Below, one piece after another: positions 42,610 through 50,464 of a stretch of DNA of 52,776 nt. Position numbers and translations under genes: made by a program. Each line of letters starts with the position of its first letter. The first letter of the stretch is position 1. The notes beneath the pieces are model-generated. The model saw nothing but the letters and a program-made list of their open reading frames with translations. It did not search any database and was not told the DNA's origin. Source of the DNA: Parcubacteria group bacterium GW2011_GWA2_47_26 (GTDB lineage Bacteria; Patescibacteriota; Patescibacteriia; GWA2-47-26); assembly GCA_001001705.1 (NCBI GenBank), contig LCOG01000008.1, positions 1 through 52,776 on the forward strand, written 5' to 3'.

Positions 42610-42614
42610 ACTAT

Positions 42615-42631
42615 TACTACAGCATGTAGTA
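42615..42631. promoter_or_regulatory. 17-bp palindromic operator candidate
   Basis: TACTACAGCATGTAGTA (TACA-N3-TGTA core). A second copy with one central change lies at 48765-48781. Confidence 0.55.
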
Positions 42632-42674
42632 TTGCCTGACTTATGTCAAATGAATCATGTGGATAACTAGCTTT

Positions 42675-43715
42675 CTAATCAAATCGCGCATCAGCAAAAA
42701 AAATTTCCACAGCCTTGCAGGGATCAACACTACAATAAAGCACATCGTAGACTGTTTGAATAAGCGGAGCCCGTATTTTATGTTTGCGCGCAAATTCGTA
42801 AAAAGATCTTGTTGCGCCAACCCCTTCAAAAGTATGCGTTTTATCCTTAAAAACAAATTTGCATGAACCCTCGCGGCAAATTCTCTCTCCCAGCGCGCGA
42901 TTGCGCCCTTCGCCAAGCCCCGTGACAATCATATCCCCCAAACCCGCAAGACCATGCACTGTTGAGGATTTGCCGCCCGCCGTTTTCACTACCTCGCTCA
43001 TTTCATGAAGCGCGGCTGTAGCCATAAATGCCTTGGTATTCATAGTTAAACGCATGCCGTCGCACATACCCAAAGCAATCGCGTACACATTTTTTAATGC
43101 GCTGCAAATTCCTACTCCTCTAAAATCGCTGGACAACGCTACTTTAAACGAGCGCGATTCAAATACATGGCGCACTAGCTCTCTAGCTTTGGAATTCTCG
43201 CTGGCGGCCACAACCGCAGTTGGTACGCCCTGCACAAATTCTTTGGCAATAGACGGACCGGAAATCGTAACTACACTGCGCCGCAAAATCGCCGGCAGCA
43301 CCGACTGGATAACCTCATGCATGGTTAAAAAAGTTTTTTCTTCCAAACCTTTAATGACATGGGCAATAATAACCCCACCACTTCCTCCCCTTAAATTAAG
43401 GGGAGGTGTAGGAGGAGTTATACAATGCGCCAGATGTTGCGTAGTCGCACGCACATACGGAGATGCGCAGGCCAAAACCACTAACGCCGACTTTTCTACC
43501 GCGGTTTGCATGCTCTTCTCCGGAATAATATTATGCGAAAGTTTGATGCCGGGTAAAAATTGTTTATTTTCGCCATCCGCTTTAATGGCTTGAATAGTCG
43601 CGGGATTATAATCCCAAAGCCAAACCCGGTGGCCATTTTTGGCAAGAATCTGGGCCACCGCGGTTCCCATGTTTCCAGCGCCTAAAACAGCCAAGCGTAT
43701 TTTTTTGCTAGGCAT
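42675..43715 (-). CDS. gpsA: NAD(P)H-dependent glycerol-3-phosphate dehydrogenase
   Basis: LAVLGAGNMGTAVAQILAKNGH (Rossmann fold), NKQFLPGIKL and ALKNVYAIALGMCDG. It contains a palindrome-encoded insert. Confidence 0.85.
   Translation of the reverse strand: MPSKKIRLAVLGAGNMGTAVAQILAKNGHRVWLWDYNPATIQAIKADGENKQFLPGIKLSHNIIPEKSMQTAVEKSALVVLACASPYVRATTQHLAHCITPPTPPLNLRGGSGGVIIAHVIKGLEEKTFLTMHEVIQSVLPAILRRSVVTISGPSIAKEFVQGVPTAVVAASENSKARELVRHVFESRSFKVALSSDFRGVGICSALKNVYAIALGMCDGMRLTMNTKAFMATAALHEMSEVVKTAGGKSSTVHGLAGLGDMIVTGLGEGRNRALGERICREGSCKFVFKDKTHTFEGVGATRSFYEFARKHKIRAPLIQTVYDVLYCSVDPCKAVEIFFADARFD
43366..43408. repeat. palindromic insert translated in frame within gpsA
   Basis: CCTCCCCTTAAATTAAGGGGAGG core (43374-43396). 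It encodes PPTPPLNLRGGSGGV. Confidence 0.7.
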
Positions 43716-43843
43716 ATAAACAAACGCCTAAATCATTAAAACTCTACTTGCAACAGGATCCCTCATGCTTACCACCTTCATGCCCTTCGTGGCTAGAAAC
43801 ACCGCTTAGAACTTAATTTTTTATACTAAACCTCGACCTTTGT

Positions 43844-44320
43844 TTACCCTAACCAACTGCGCAGTCGTGGAAAACGCGCGCAAATTGGCAAACCAGCACA
43901 CCAATTATCAAGTCCATAAATCCGTCCCGCGCGTATCGCCGCTAAAAATATCAAAGCGAGTGCATAAATTATATGCTCATCCACGATATACGAGTGAGGT
44001 TTAATGTATGGAAAACTCAATACTGGAAAATAATAAAGCAGCATCAGGAGAGCGCCGAGCACTGAACTCAATCGCACAAAAATCCCAAAAATAAGCGAGA
44101 TGCCGAGCAAGGTTAAACCCCATTCGTTAATAAAATTGGTAATCGGCAATGCGCTGGGCTGCAAAAACCATTGATAAAAACTCCCGAATGTCTGGGCATT
44201 TTGTAAATAACCCGCCGCTGACCAAGAAGGATTTAATATCTTAGTAACCCCCGCGTAAAACATGTACCACCCCATGCCTAGACGCAGGATAAAAAGTGAG
44301 ACTTTCTGGGCCTTATTCAT
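43844..44320 (-). CDS. DoxX-family membrane protein
   Basis: LFILRLGMGWYMFYAGVTKI followed by 4 TM helices. Length is 158 aa. Confidence 0.65.
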   Translation of the reverse strand: MNKAQKVSLFILRLGMGWYMFYAGVTKILNPSWSAAGYLQNAQTFGSFYQWFLQPSALPITNFINEWGLTLLGISLIFGIFVRLSSVLGALLMLLYYFPVLSFPYIKPHSYIVDEHIIYALALIFLAAIRAGRIYGLDNWCAGLPICARFPRLRSWLG

Positions 44321-44370
44321 AATAATTTAGTCTTAAATTTTAAAGTTTCCACAGCTAATATTGTACCACT

Positions 44371-44808
44371 TTACATCCGGCTTTTCAAAAGTTTGCCCGT
44401 AATATAGGCAATACCTGCTATATTTGATAAAAGCCCAACCCAAAAGAGCTGAATTTGATACTGACCAACTAGAGAAACCAGACCGGTTACCCCCAGTATG
44501 GGCAAAATATTAACAAGGTAGTGCGCGCAGCACGAGATCATGGCGCCCGTGGAAGTTGTGCCCGACACTGCCAGCACACCTGAAGCGCGGACACGATTAT
44601 GTAGCGAATTCTTAAGATAAGTATAAAGTCCGACTTGAATTCCAAACCCCAAAGCAAGACTCACAATAAAATACCAAAATTCAAAAAATTGACCTCGCGC
44701 AAAAGGCCATCCTGAAATCAAGGTCAGCAAAGTAAAATATAAACCTAATAAAAGTGATGAGGCTAAAATGCCAAACGCTATAGACTTTAGCCGAGCGTTT
44801 ACGGCCAT
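44371..44808 (-). CDS. membrane protein with an intramembrane CCxH motif
   Basis: 145 aa and 4 TM helices, with GAMISCCAHYLVNILP. No family is assigned. Confidence 0.45.
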   Translation of the reverse strand: MAVNARLKSIAFGILASSLLLGLYFTLLTLISGWPFARGQFFEFWYFIVSLALGFGIQVGLYTYLKNSLHNRVRASGVLAVSGTTSTGAMISCCAHYLVNILPILGVTGLVSLVGQYQIQLFWVGLLSNIAGIAYITGKLLKSRM

Positions 44809-45515
44809 ACTAATTCACGCATGGAAACACCAGCCAGATCCGTTACTACTAGCTTCGCGGCTCCCTCGATTTTAGGGAAACGCGCTATAAATTCCAGATG
44901 ATGCCCGCTTCCCTCTTGCTGTATAGCAGTCGGATTGATCATATTTGCTTGTCCATCCTGAAGTGCGATTTGCCGTTCCGGACTAAACGCGCTCAAATCT
45001 TCTGAATGCGTATTAATATTTATCGTGAAAACAAGTTCATCGCCCTCTTCAACAAACTCTGCGTCAACAGTTACATTGCCTTCCCCCGCGTCTGTTTTTA
45101 ATTCGCCTCGCCTGGAAACTGCCACAGAACTTTCCTGTGTTCCACCACTACTTGATGCGGTCGGAAGAGCGCATCCGCTTTCAGCCACAAGTTTTTCCAA
45201 TCCTTGTTCCCCTTCTAACTTTTTACCGCCCGAAAATGTCCACGTTGGATAACCATTAACTCCTGCTTCAATGCATCTTGCCGGATGTTTTGGGCATTCA
45301 ATGTATTGAACATAACGAAAAGAGTCTCCAAAAGCTTTTTTCTCATTTTGACAATGCGCGCACCACTCCGCGCCGTACATCGTTACTCCTTTATTGGTAA
45401 GACACTGCGCAAAAGCATCCAATGCTCCACTAGGCACTGCACTCGGGCGAAATAAATAGGATCCCCCACTTACTACCGCAACGATTATGACTGCCCCAAA
45501 TAAATATTTTTTCAT
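44799..45515 (-). CDS. secreted thioredoxin-like protein of the type fused to bacterial VKOR, plus a C-terminal beta domain
   Basis: MYGAEWCAHCQNEKKAFGDSFRYVQYIEC...GVNGYPTWTF matches the Trx-like partner domain of VKOR homologues. Confidence 0.65.
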   Translation of the reverse strand: MKKYLFGAVIIVAVVSGGSYLFRPSAVPSGALDAFAQCLTNKGVTMYGAEWCAHCQNEKKAFGDSFRYVQYIECPKHPARCIEAGVNGYPTWTFSGGKKLEGEQGLEKLVAESGCALPTASSSGGTQESSVAVSRRGELKTDAGEGNVTVDAEFVEEGDELVFTININTHSEDLSAFSPERQIALQDGQANMINPTAIQQEGSGHHLEFIARFPKIEGAAKLVVTDLAGVSMRELVWP

Positions 45516-45630
45516 CCCGTTAGAAGCAGGTCGCGGTCATGCCGCTCTGCTGATTAAGATTCAATGAGATAAAACTGACTTTTTGCATACAGTGGTTTAG
45601 TGAGGCATCGCGACCGCGGCTTCTAACGGG
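45516..45630 (-). repeat. 115-nt hairpin element filling the stop-to-start spacer (CCCGTTAGAAG/CTTCTAACGGG arms)
   Basis: On the minus strand CCCGTTAGAAGCCGCGGTCGCG...CGCGACCTGCTTCTAACGGG followed directly by ATG. It begins 1 nt after the upstream TAG. Confidence 0.75.
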
Positions 45631-45631
45631 A

Positions 45632-46105
45632 CTAGCAGCACTTATCCAATTTTTTTTCTAAATTTTTTACAGTAACAGAATCGCCGCGATCAATGTCTCG
45701 CGCCGCGCCACGACCGTGTTTACGCACAAAAAATGCGTACATCACAAGACCAAGAATCGCAACCGCAAAAATAAACGTCATCCAGCTCATATATTGTATA
45801 GCGCCGTACACTGCTAAAAATCCAGGCAACACTATCACTAACTTCCACCACATTGGATTTTCGGACGCCCACTTTATTGATTTTTCCCCCTGAAATGCAA
45901 TACCCACAACTGTACCACCCATTAAAATCGCGATGATCAATTGCCACGCCTCTATCTGCAGTGCGCCAATAAGCACGCCGAATATTAAAATCAACCAAGT
46001 TCCGCTTACACCCACGCAAGCCGGACAAATTTTGATCGCCATAAACCGACTTACTCCCCAAACGATGAGCGTAATAGCTGTAATTAGAACAAGAACCAAA
46101 AGCAT
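45632..46105 (-). CDS. membrane protein with a CPAC motif and C-terminal Cys-Cys
   Basis: 157 aa and 4-5 TM helices. KICPACVGV lies at the first TM boundary. The protein ends KLDKCC. Confidence 0.45.
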   Translation of the reverse strand: MLLVLVLITAITLIVWGVSRFMAIKICPACVGVSGTWLILIFGVLIGALQIEAWQLIIAILMGGTVVGIAFQGEKSIKWASENPMWWKLVIVLPGFLAVYGAIQYMSWMTFIFAVAILGLVMYAFFVRKHGRGAARDIDRGDSVTVKNLEKKLDKCC

Positions 46106-46111
46106 ATTTTT

Positions 46112-46894
46112 TTACAACAAGAAAATAATTATACCCAGAGCAATCATGGCCACCCCGCCCCAAATGCGCATCCCTTTTCTTTCTTTTTGCTGCCAAGCTT
46201 GAACTTTTTCCAGCAGCCCGCGATCGCTGGCAATAAGCAATATTACGACAAGCGGAAGAATAAAGATTAGATTGTACAAGATAAGATAGCCTAGTCCCCT
46301 AATAAAATTGGCTTTGTCATGCAAGAGACCCAAAATCATCAAATACGGCCCGCCAGTACAAGGAAATTCGCAAAGGCCAACCAACACGCCAAGAAGGAAA
46401 GCTGTAGGCAGCGAACTCTTTTCCATCAAGGACGCCATCCGATGATGCGCGACATGAGGAATTTTCAGCTTCAATGGAAACTTGGGTATAAATTCATTGA
46501 TCAGGTTTATTCCGCCCAATACAATCAAAAGCAGAGCGCCGACTTTGGCCATAAAATGCGGTGTATTGAAAATGTGCAGAGTCTGCAAAATCCCCAGCCC
46601 GATCATGATGTACACCAAAAATATGCCCGCGATATAGGTACTGCCGATCTTCAAGATGCTTGAACGCAATTTGCCAATGCTTAAAAGAAAAGCAATGGTT
46701 AAAATGAGCACGGAAAACGCGCAAGGATTGATGCTGTCAATAAGCGCTGATATTCCTACCAGCGGAAGCAGCCATTTTCCGCCATTAGACAAATTCCACA
46801 ACGCTGCTGTTCCAAAATTGCCAAAACGAAAAAGCGCGACCAAACCAAAAAGCGCTACTCCAAACGCAATCAATATAGCGATCCGTTTATTCAT
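46112..46894 (-). CDS. CcdA/DsbD-family thiol-disulfide electron transporter
   Basis: LIDSINPCAFSVLI and LCEFPCTGGPYL are the two conserved Cys-containing half-sites. The start is set at ATG 46894 (MNKRIAIL). Confidence 0.75.
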   Translation of the reverse strand: MNKRIAILIAFGVALFGLVALFRFGNFGTAALWNLSNGGKWLLPLVGISALIDSINPCAFSVLILTIAFLLSIGKLRSSILKIGSTYIAGIFLVYIMIGLGILQTLHIFNTPHFMAKVGALLLIVLGGINLINEFIPKFPLKLKIPHVAHHRMASLMEKSSLPTAFLLGVLVGLCEFPCTGGPYLMILGLLHDKANFIRGLGYLILYNLIFILPLVVILLIASDRGLLEKVQAWQQKERKGMRIWGGVAMIALGIIIFLL

Positions 46895-46996
46895 CCCGTT
46901 AGAAGTTGAAGAATAATTTTCTTTTAAGTGTCCGCTAGACGTTAGTCGGCTTCGTCCCGTTAGAGGTAGGACGCGGACTGCGTCCGCTACCTCCAA
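46895..46996 (-). repeat. hairpin element with two CTCTAACGGGA-type motifs, filling the stop-to-start spacer
   Basis: On the minus strand GGAGGTAGCGGACGCAGTCCGCGTCCTACCTCTAACGGGA...CAACTTCTAACGGG followed by ATG. Confidence 0.65.
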
Positions 46997-47539
46997 TCAA
47001 GGCGTTACATTTACGCTAATTTGCAACTGCAGAGGAGCTCCCTCTGAAGTCTCAATAGTGATTGCACGACTGATACGGCCAACTCCTGCTGGTCCGTGCG
47101 CCGCGGGATCATAAACTACATCAATGGTCGCTTCCTCGTCAGGCGCGATGCTTTCATTAATACGCGGAATAATACCATGCCCCGGCATGCCAAACGGCCC
47201 TTTGCGAGTCTCACCATTTATCAAAGTCGCTTCAGTGCACATGCACGAGGTGTACATTTTTACAATTGCAACTGGCTTATCGCCGGTATTCTTAACCTTA
47301 AACGGATGGGTTACTTTTCCGGCCGCCATAGAAATCGTGCCAAAATCATAAGAAAGCATATCTACTGATAGAGTACTAGTACCAGTCTCGCCACTGCCGC
47401 CATTCTGCTCTTCATGACTATCTGTCGGGCTGGCCGGCGCTGGCCCGGCAATCCAAATCAGACCGACTATAATTATTAAAATCATTGCGATACCAAAAAT
47501 CGTGTTTTGATGTTTTTTTATTTTTTCCTTGAAGTTCAT
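46997..47539 (-). CDS. DUF1573-type (ASH/Ig-like) secreted protein
   Basis: YDFGTISMAAGKVTHPFKVKNTGDKPVAIVKMYTSCMCTEA is the family signature. Confidence 0.7.
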   Translation of the reverse strand: MNFKEKIKKHQNTIFGIAMILIIIVGLIWIAGPAPASPTDSHEEQNGGSGETGTSTLSVDMLSYDFGTISMAAGKVTHPFKVKNTGDKPVAIVKMYTSCMCTEATLINGETRKGPFGMPGHGIIPRINESIAPDEEATIDVVYDPAAHGPAGVGRISRAITIETSEGAPLQLQISVNVTP

Positions 47540-47569
47540 AATTTTATTAATATTATGAAAGTTTTATTG

Positions 47570-48076
47570 CTAATGCGCCAACCGTTCAGGAGAGCGATTC
47601 TTATTATCTCTGATAAATTGCACCATACGCCCTTCGTCAAAATTATCTAACTTATCTAAACGCCCCCAAGACGCCAAAGCGATTTTCGCATCATTGCCGG
47701 GGCGATGTGTAACAATGACGCTCCCGGGATAGCGGCGCGCAAGTTCTTGCAATTTCAATTGCGTACTCTCGTCTATATCTTTATAAGCAATCCAAACTCC
47801 GCCATGCTCCAAATTATGTATTACTTGCTCGTCCGGCAATTCCCGATCATAAAATCCCCAGTCCGCGGCTTGCCCGTAATGCCAACCTGAAGTTGGCGGA
47901 TTAGAATTGTAAGGCGGATGAGTTGCACCCATAGCTATGTGTTCCCGTCCCATTGCCGAAACTGCGGTACCCGTCCGCTCCTCTTCCGGCTGAATAGCTA
48001 TATATATCAAACCGTAGATTATTCCAACCAAAACAAATGCCCCGGCTAGATATGTCCAACGCTTTTTAGACTGCAT
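47570..48076 (-). CDS. DUF3105-domain membrane-anchored protein
   Basis: PPTSGWHY and HNLEHGGVWIAY signatures, with an N-terminal TM helix. Confidence 0.7.
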   Translation of the reverse strand: MQSKKRWTYLAGAFVLVGIIYGLIYIAIQPEEERTGTAVSAMGREHIAMGATHPPYNSNPPTSGWHYGQAADWGFYDRELPDEQVIHNLEHGGVWIAYKDIDESTQLKLQELARRYPGSVIVTHRPGNDAKIALASWGRLDKLDNFDEGRMVQFIRDNKNRSPERLAH

Positions 48077-48089
48077 ACCCGTCTAAATT

Positions 48090-48734
48090 CTATTTAAAGA
48101 GATTTTTTCCTAGCTTCAAAATCAACATTATCAATAGCACTACTAACAAAATACCAATCACATACCACAGTGCAACAAAGCCTAAAGCATATGCTGGGCG
48201 TGAAACGCCTAACGCGCCCATCATATTTTGGGACTGCCCCGTAAATCCGCCCATCATGCCCCCGCCCATCATGGAAGCCATCATCGGCATCATGCCCATC
48301 ATTTGATTAACACCACCGGTGGTGCCACCCATCATATTATTTCCGCTTCCCATCACACCGCCTCCTACACCAACACCTGTTTCACATCCACTCATACGCT
48401 TACCCATTGTAACATGCATAGCTTTCTCACCAGCTTCACCCATCATCTGCTGCATCATCGTATCCATAGCTTCGTGTCCTGTACCCATCATCCGTTCCAT
48501 CAAAAATTCTCCAACCAGTCCAAAATCATCATCTTTCAAATCCGTACATTGCACCTTTTTACTGCGCAACCAATCAAAAAGTGCCTCACCCGGATTTTCA
48601 GCACTAGCAAGACTGCTCCCAAGATCAATATTTTCCTCTCCGGCATGCGCACTGACACCCCCAACCATTATAAAAAAGATTGCTAAAACCGCAACACTAA
48701 TGAAAAAATTGATACCGTGCTTATATCGTCTCAT
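48090..48734 (-). CDS. Met/Gly-rich exported protein with a C-terminal TM helix (possible Cu(I)-binding)
   Basis: MMGTGHEAMDTMMQQMMGEAGEKAMH and GGVNQMMGMMPMMASMMGGGMMGG. Confidence 0.55.
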   Translation of the reverse strand: MRRYKHGINFFISVAVLAIFFIMVGGVSAHAGEENIDLGSSLASAENPGEALFDWLRSKKVQCTDLKDDDFGLVGEFLMERMMGTGHEAMDTMMQQMMGEAGEKAMHVTMGKRMSGCETGVGVGGGVMGSGNNMMGGTTGGVNQMMGMMPMMASMMGGGMMGGFTGQSQNMMGALGVSRPAYALGFVALWYVIGILLVVLLIMLILKLGKNLFK

Positions 48735-48764
48735 AGAATGAAATTACTAAAATTATATCTTATT

Positions 48765-48781
48765 TACTACAGTATGTAGTA
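48765..48781. promoter_or_regulatory. second copy of the 17-bp palindromic operator candidate
   Basis: TACTACAGTATGTAGTA. On the minus strand it is followed by aataaga-TATAAT and the Met-rich gene start 31 nt away. Confidence 0.55.
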
Positions 48782-48838
48782 ACACAAAAGTTTTGTCTAG
48801 TCAAGCGTTGTGGATAACTTCTATGTACCCCGCCTAAT

Positions 48839-49000
48839 GGGACTGTTGCCGAATACCATTTCTACTGCAAGGTAAGAATTTTGGCTGCGACTTTGTGAAA
48901 CATTCTCAACATATACGCCGTATATGCTTCAAATGTTTCACTTCGTCTCGCTCAAAATTCTTACCTTTCGCGCACATGGCCGCATTTTTGGCACTGTTCC
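48839..49000. mobile_element. MITE-like element copy 6
   Basis: GGGACTGTTGCCGAATACC...TTTTTGGCACTGTTCC. 131 of the first 132 positions are identical to copy 2. Confidence 0.85.
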
Positions 49001-49073
49001 TCCTGCATAAAGCATATAAATAAGGGATTAAACTAAAGACGGACCTTTAACAAAGTATACCACAAAACTCGAC

Positions 49074-50432
49074 TCAATAAAGATAACCCCACGTCTGCAA
49101 TTTATCGCTATCATGAGCCCAACGCATGCCAATATCCGTACGATAAAACATGCTTTGCAGCATAATATTGCTAATCCTGCTGTACATTTGCTGGCGCGCT
49201 TCCGCGGCTGTAACACCTGAACCGGTAACTACCAACGCGTATCCGGATTCGCCAGCCAAACGCCAGTCGCCCTCAATCAATTTAACATCACCAATATGCA
49301 CGCCATCCAAATTATTCGGTTTTTTAAATAGTATGGAAATATCCCGATAAATCTCAAATTCTCTTTTATCCGAATACGGAAACGGCGGAACTGCTATAAC
49401 CGCCCCGATCTGAAAACCCTTTTTAACTTTTAAATCAAAGGGCTGACCGCTCGCCAAAGTATAAAGGAATTCACCCCATTGACTGGTAACTCCCTCCATT
49501 TGAATAGATATTGTTGGATATCCAAAACGACAAGTAAATTCCAGCGGGTATATGCCGCGAGCATTGGCAATACAATTAATATCTATGTAGCCTACATAGC
49601 CGCATTTTTTAAGATCTTCTTTCATTTTTGATAATGTAGCATTAAAAATAGTATTCGGCGGCGACCAATACATCAATGTCCCCATCTCACCCGTATATGG
49701 CCCAATATCGCCGGGAAAAAGTTTTTTATGTTCAAAATTTACATTGATCGGGTAAACAAAATCCTGCCCATTGAAAAACGCGCCAACAGCCACCTCAACT
49801 CCAGAGGCAAATTTTTGCAATTGAAAATTTTTGATTTTTTTTACCCAGGCTGTTTTATTATGCTCTAAAAGCTCCATGATATCCCGGCCATCCTCTTCTT
49901 TGCCTAGAAACAAAATTCCTTTAAAATCCGAGGAAATATATCCGGAAGGCTTCCAAACATAACGGCCGGGATTATTCTTCAGGAATGCTATGGCTTCATC
50001 ATAATTATTAAAATCCAAGTGAGGCAAAGTTAACATGCCTACTCGCCCCATTTCTGACTGGCCAAATTCCCGATCATCCTCCAGCTGATCCGTATATTGG
50101 GAACCGCCCACAACCAGTTTACCAGCCTTTCGCAATTTATCCGCTTTTGTACCAAAACCCGTATCGTCAAAAACTATAACATCAGCCCAGCCAACCTCAT
50201 TTTCCCAATCGCTGACTTTAGTTAAAATGCCATCATATACATCAACGTCGGTCTGCTCTTTGATATACATTTTTACCTCGTGGCCTTCTTTTTGAACTTG
50301 CCATGCCAAATCGCCATTCAAGCTCTCCCAGTCAACAAAGAGAAATTTTTTAGGCTGCGGATTTTCAATACTCTTAGCGCCATTATGCCCATTATGCAAC
50401 GAGATGCTGGGATTTTTTAGATCGCTAGCCAT
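49074..50432 (-). CDS. ATP-grasp enzyme, PurD (GAR synthetase)-like
   Basis: FEHKKLFPGDIGPYTGEMGT (compare DHKR..D.GPNTGGMG) and GYIDINCIANARGIYPLEFTCRFGYPT (compare LEFNCRFGDPE). Confidence 0.7.
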   Translation of the reverse strand: MASDLKNPSISLHNGHNGAKSIENPQPKKFLFVDWESLNGDLAWQVQKEGHEVKMYIKEQTDVDVYDGILTKVSDWENEVGWADVIVFDDTGFGTKADKLRKAGKLVVGGSQYTDQLEDDREFGQSEMGRVGMLTLPHLDFNNYDEAIAFLKNNPGRYVWKPSGYISSDFKGILFLGKEEDGRDIMELLEHNKTAWVKKIKNFQLQKFASGVEVAVGAFFNGQDFVYPINVNFEHKKLFPGDIGPYTGEMGTLMYWSPPNTIFNATLSKMKEDLKKCGYVGYIDINCIANARGIYPLEFTCRFGYPTISIQMEGVTSQWGEFLYTLASGQPFDLKVKKGFQIGAVIAVPPFPYSDKREFEIYRDISILFKKPNNLDGVHIGDVKLIEGDWRLAGESGYALVVTGSGVTAAEARQQMYSRISNIMLQSMFYRTDIGMRWAHDSDKLQTWGYLY

Positions 50433-50464
50433 ACCATTTATATATTATACATAATAAAAAGAAA

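Noticed and set aside
43033-43593. Plus-strand 186-aa ORF
   Set aside because: It lies fully antisense to gpsA, which has clear Rossmann and family motifs.
45720-46196. Alternative minus-strand 158-aa ORF overlapping 45632-46105 and the end of the CcdA-like gene
   Set aside because: It is out of frame with two ORFs that have clear membrane-protein character and family motifs. Its own sequence is Arg/Gly/Ser-rich with no features.
48228-48741. His-rich plus-strand ORFs (152 and 140 aa) opposite the Met-rich gene
   Set aside because: The His runs are simply the reverse complement (CAT) of the ATG-rich Met tracts. The minus-strand ORF has a signal-like N-terminus, a C-terminal TM helix and a promoter/operator context.
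8005-48818. Interpreting the four TGTGGATAAC boxes as a replication origin
   Set aside because: The boxes are 6 to 24 kb apart and not clustered. No AT-rich unwinding element with multiple adjacent boxes is present, and no dnaA or dnaN gene lies nearby.
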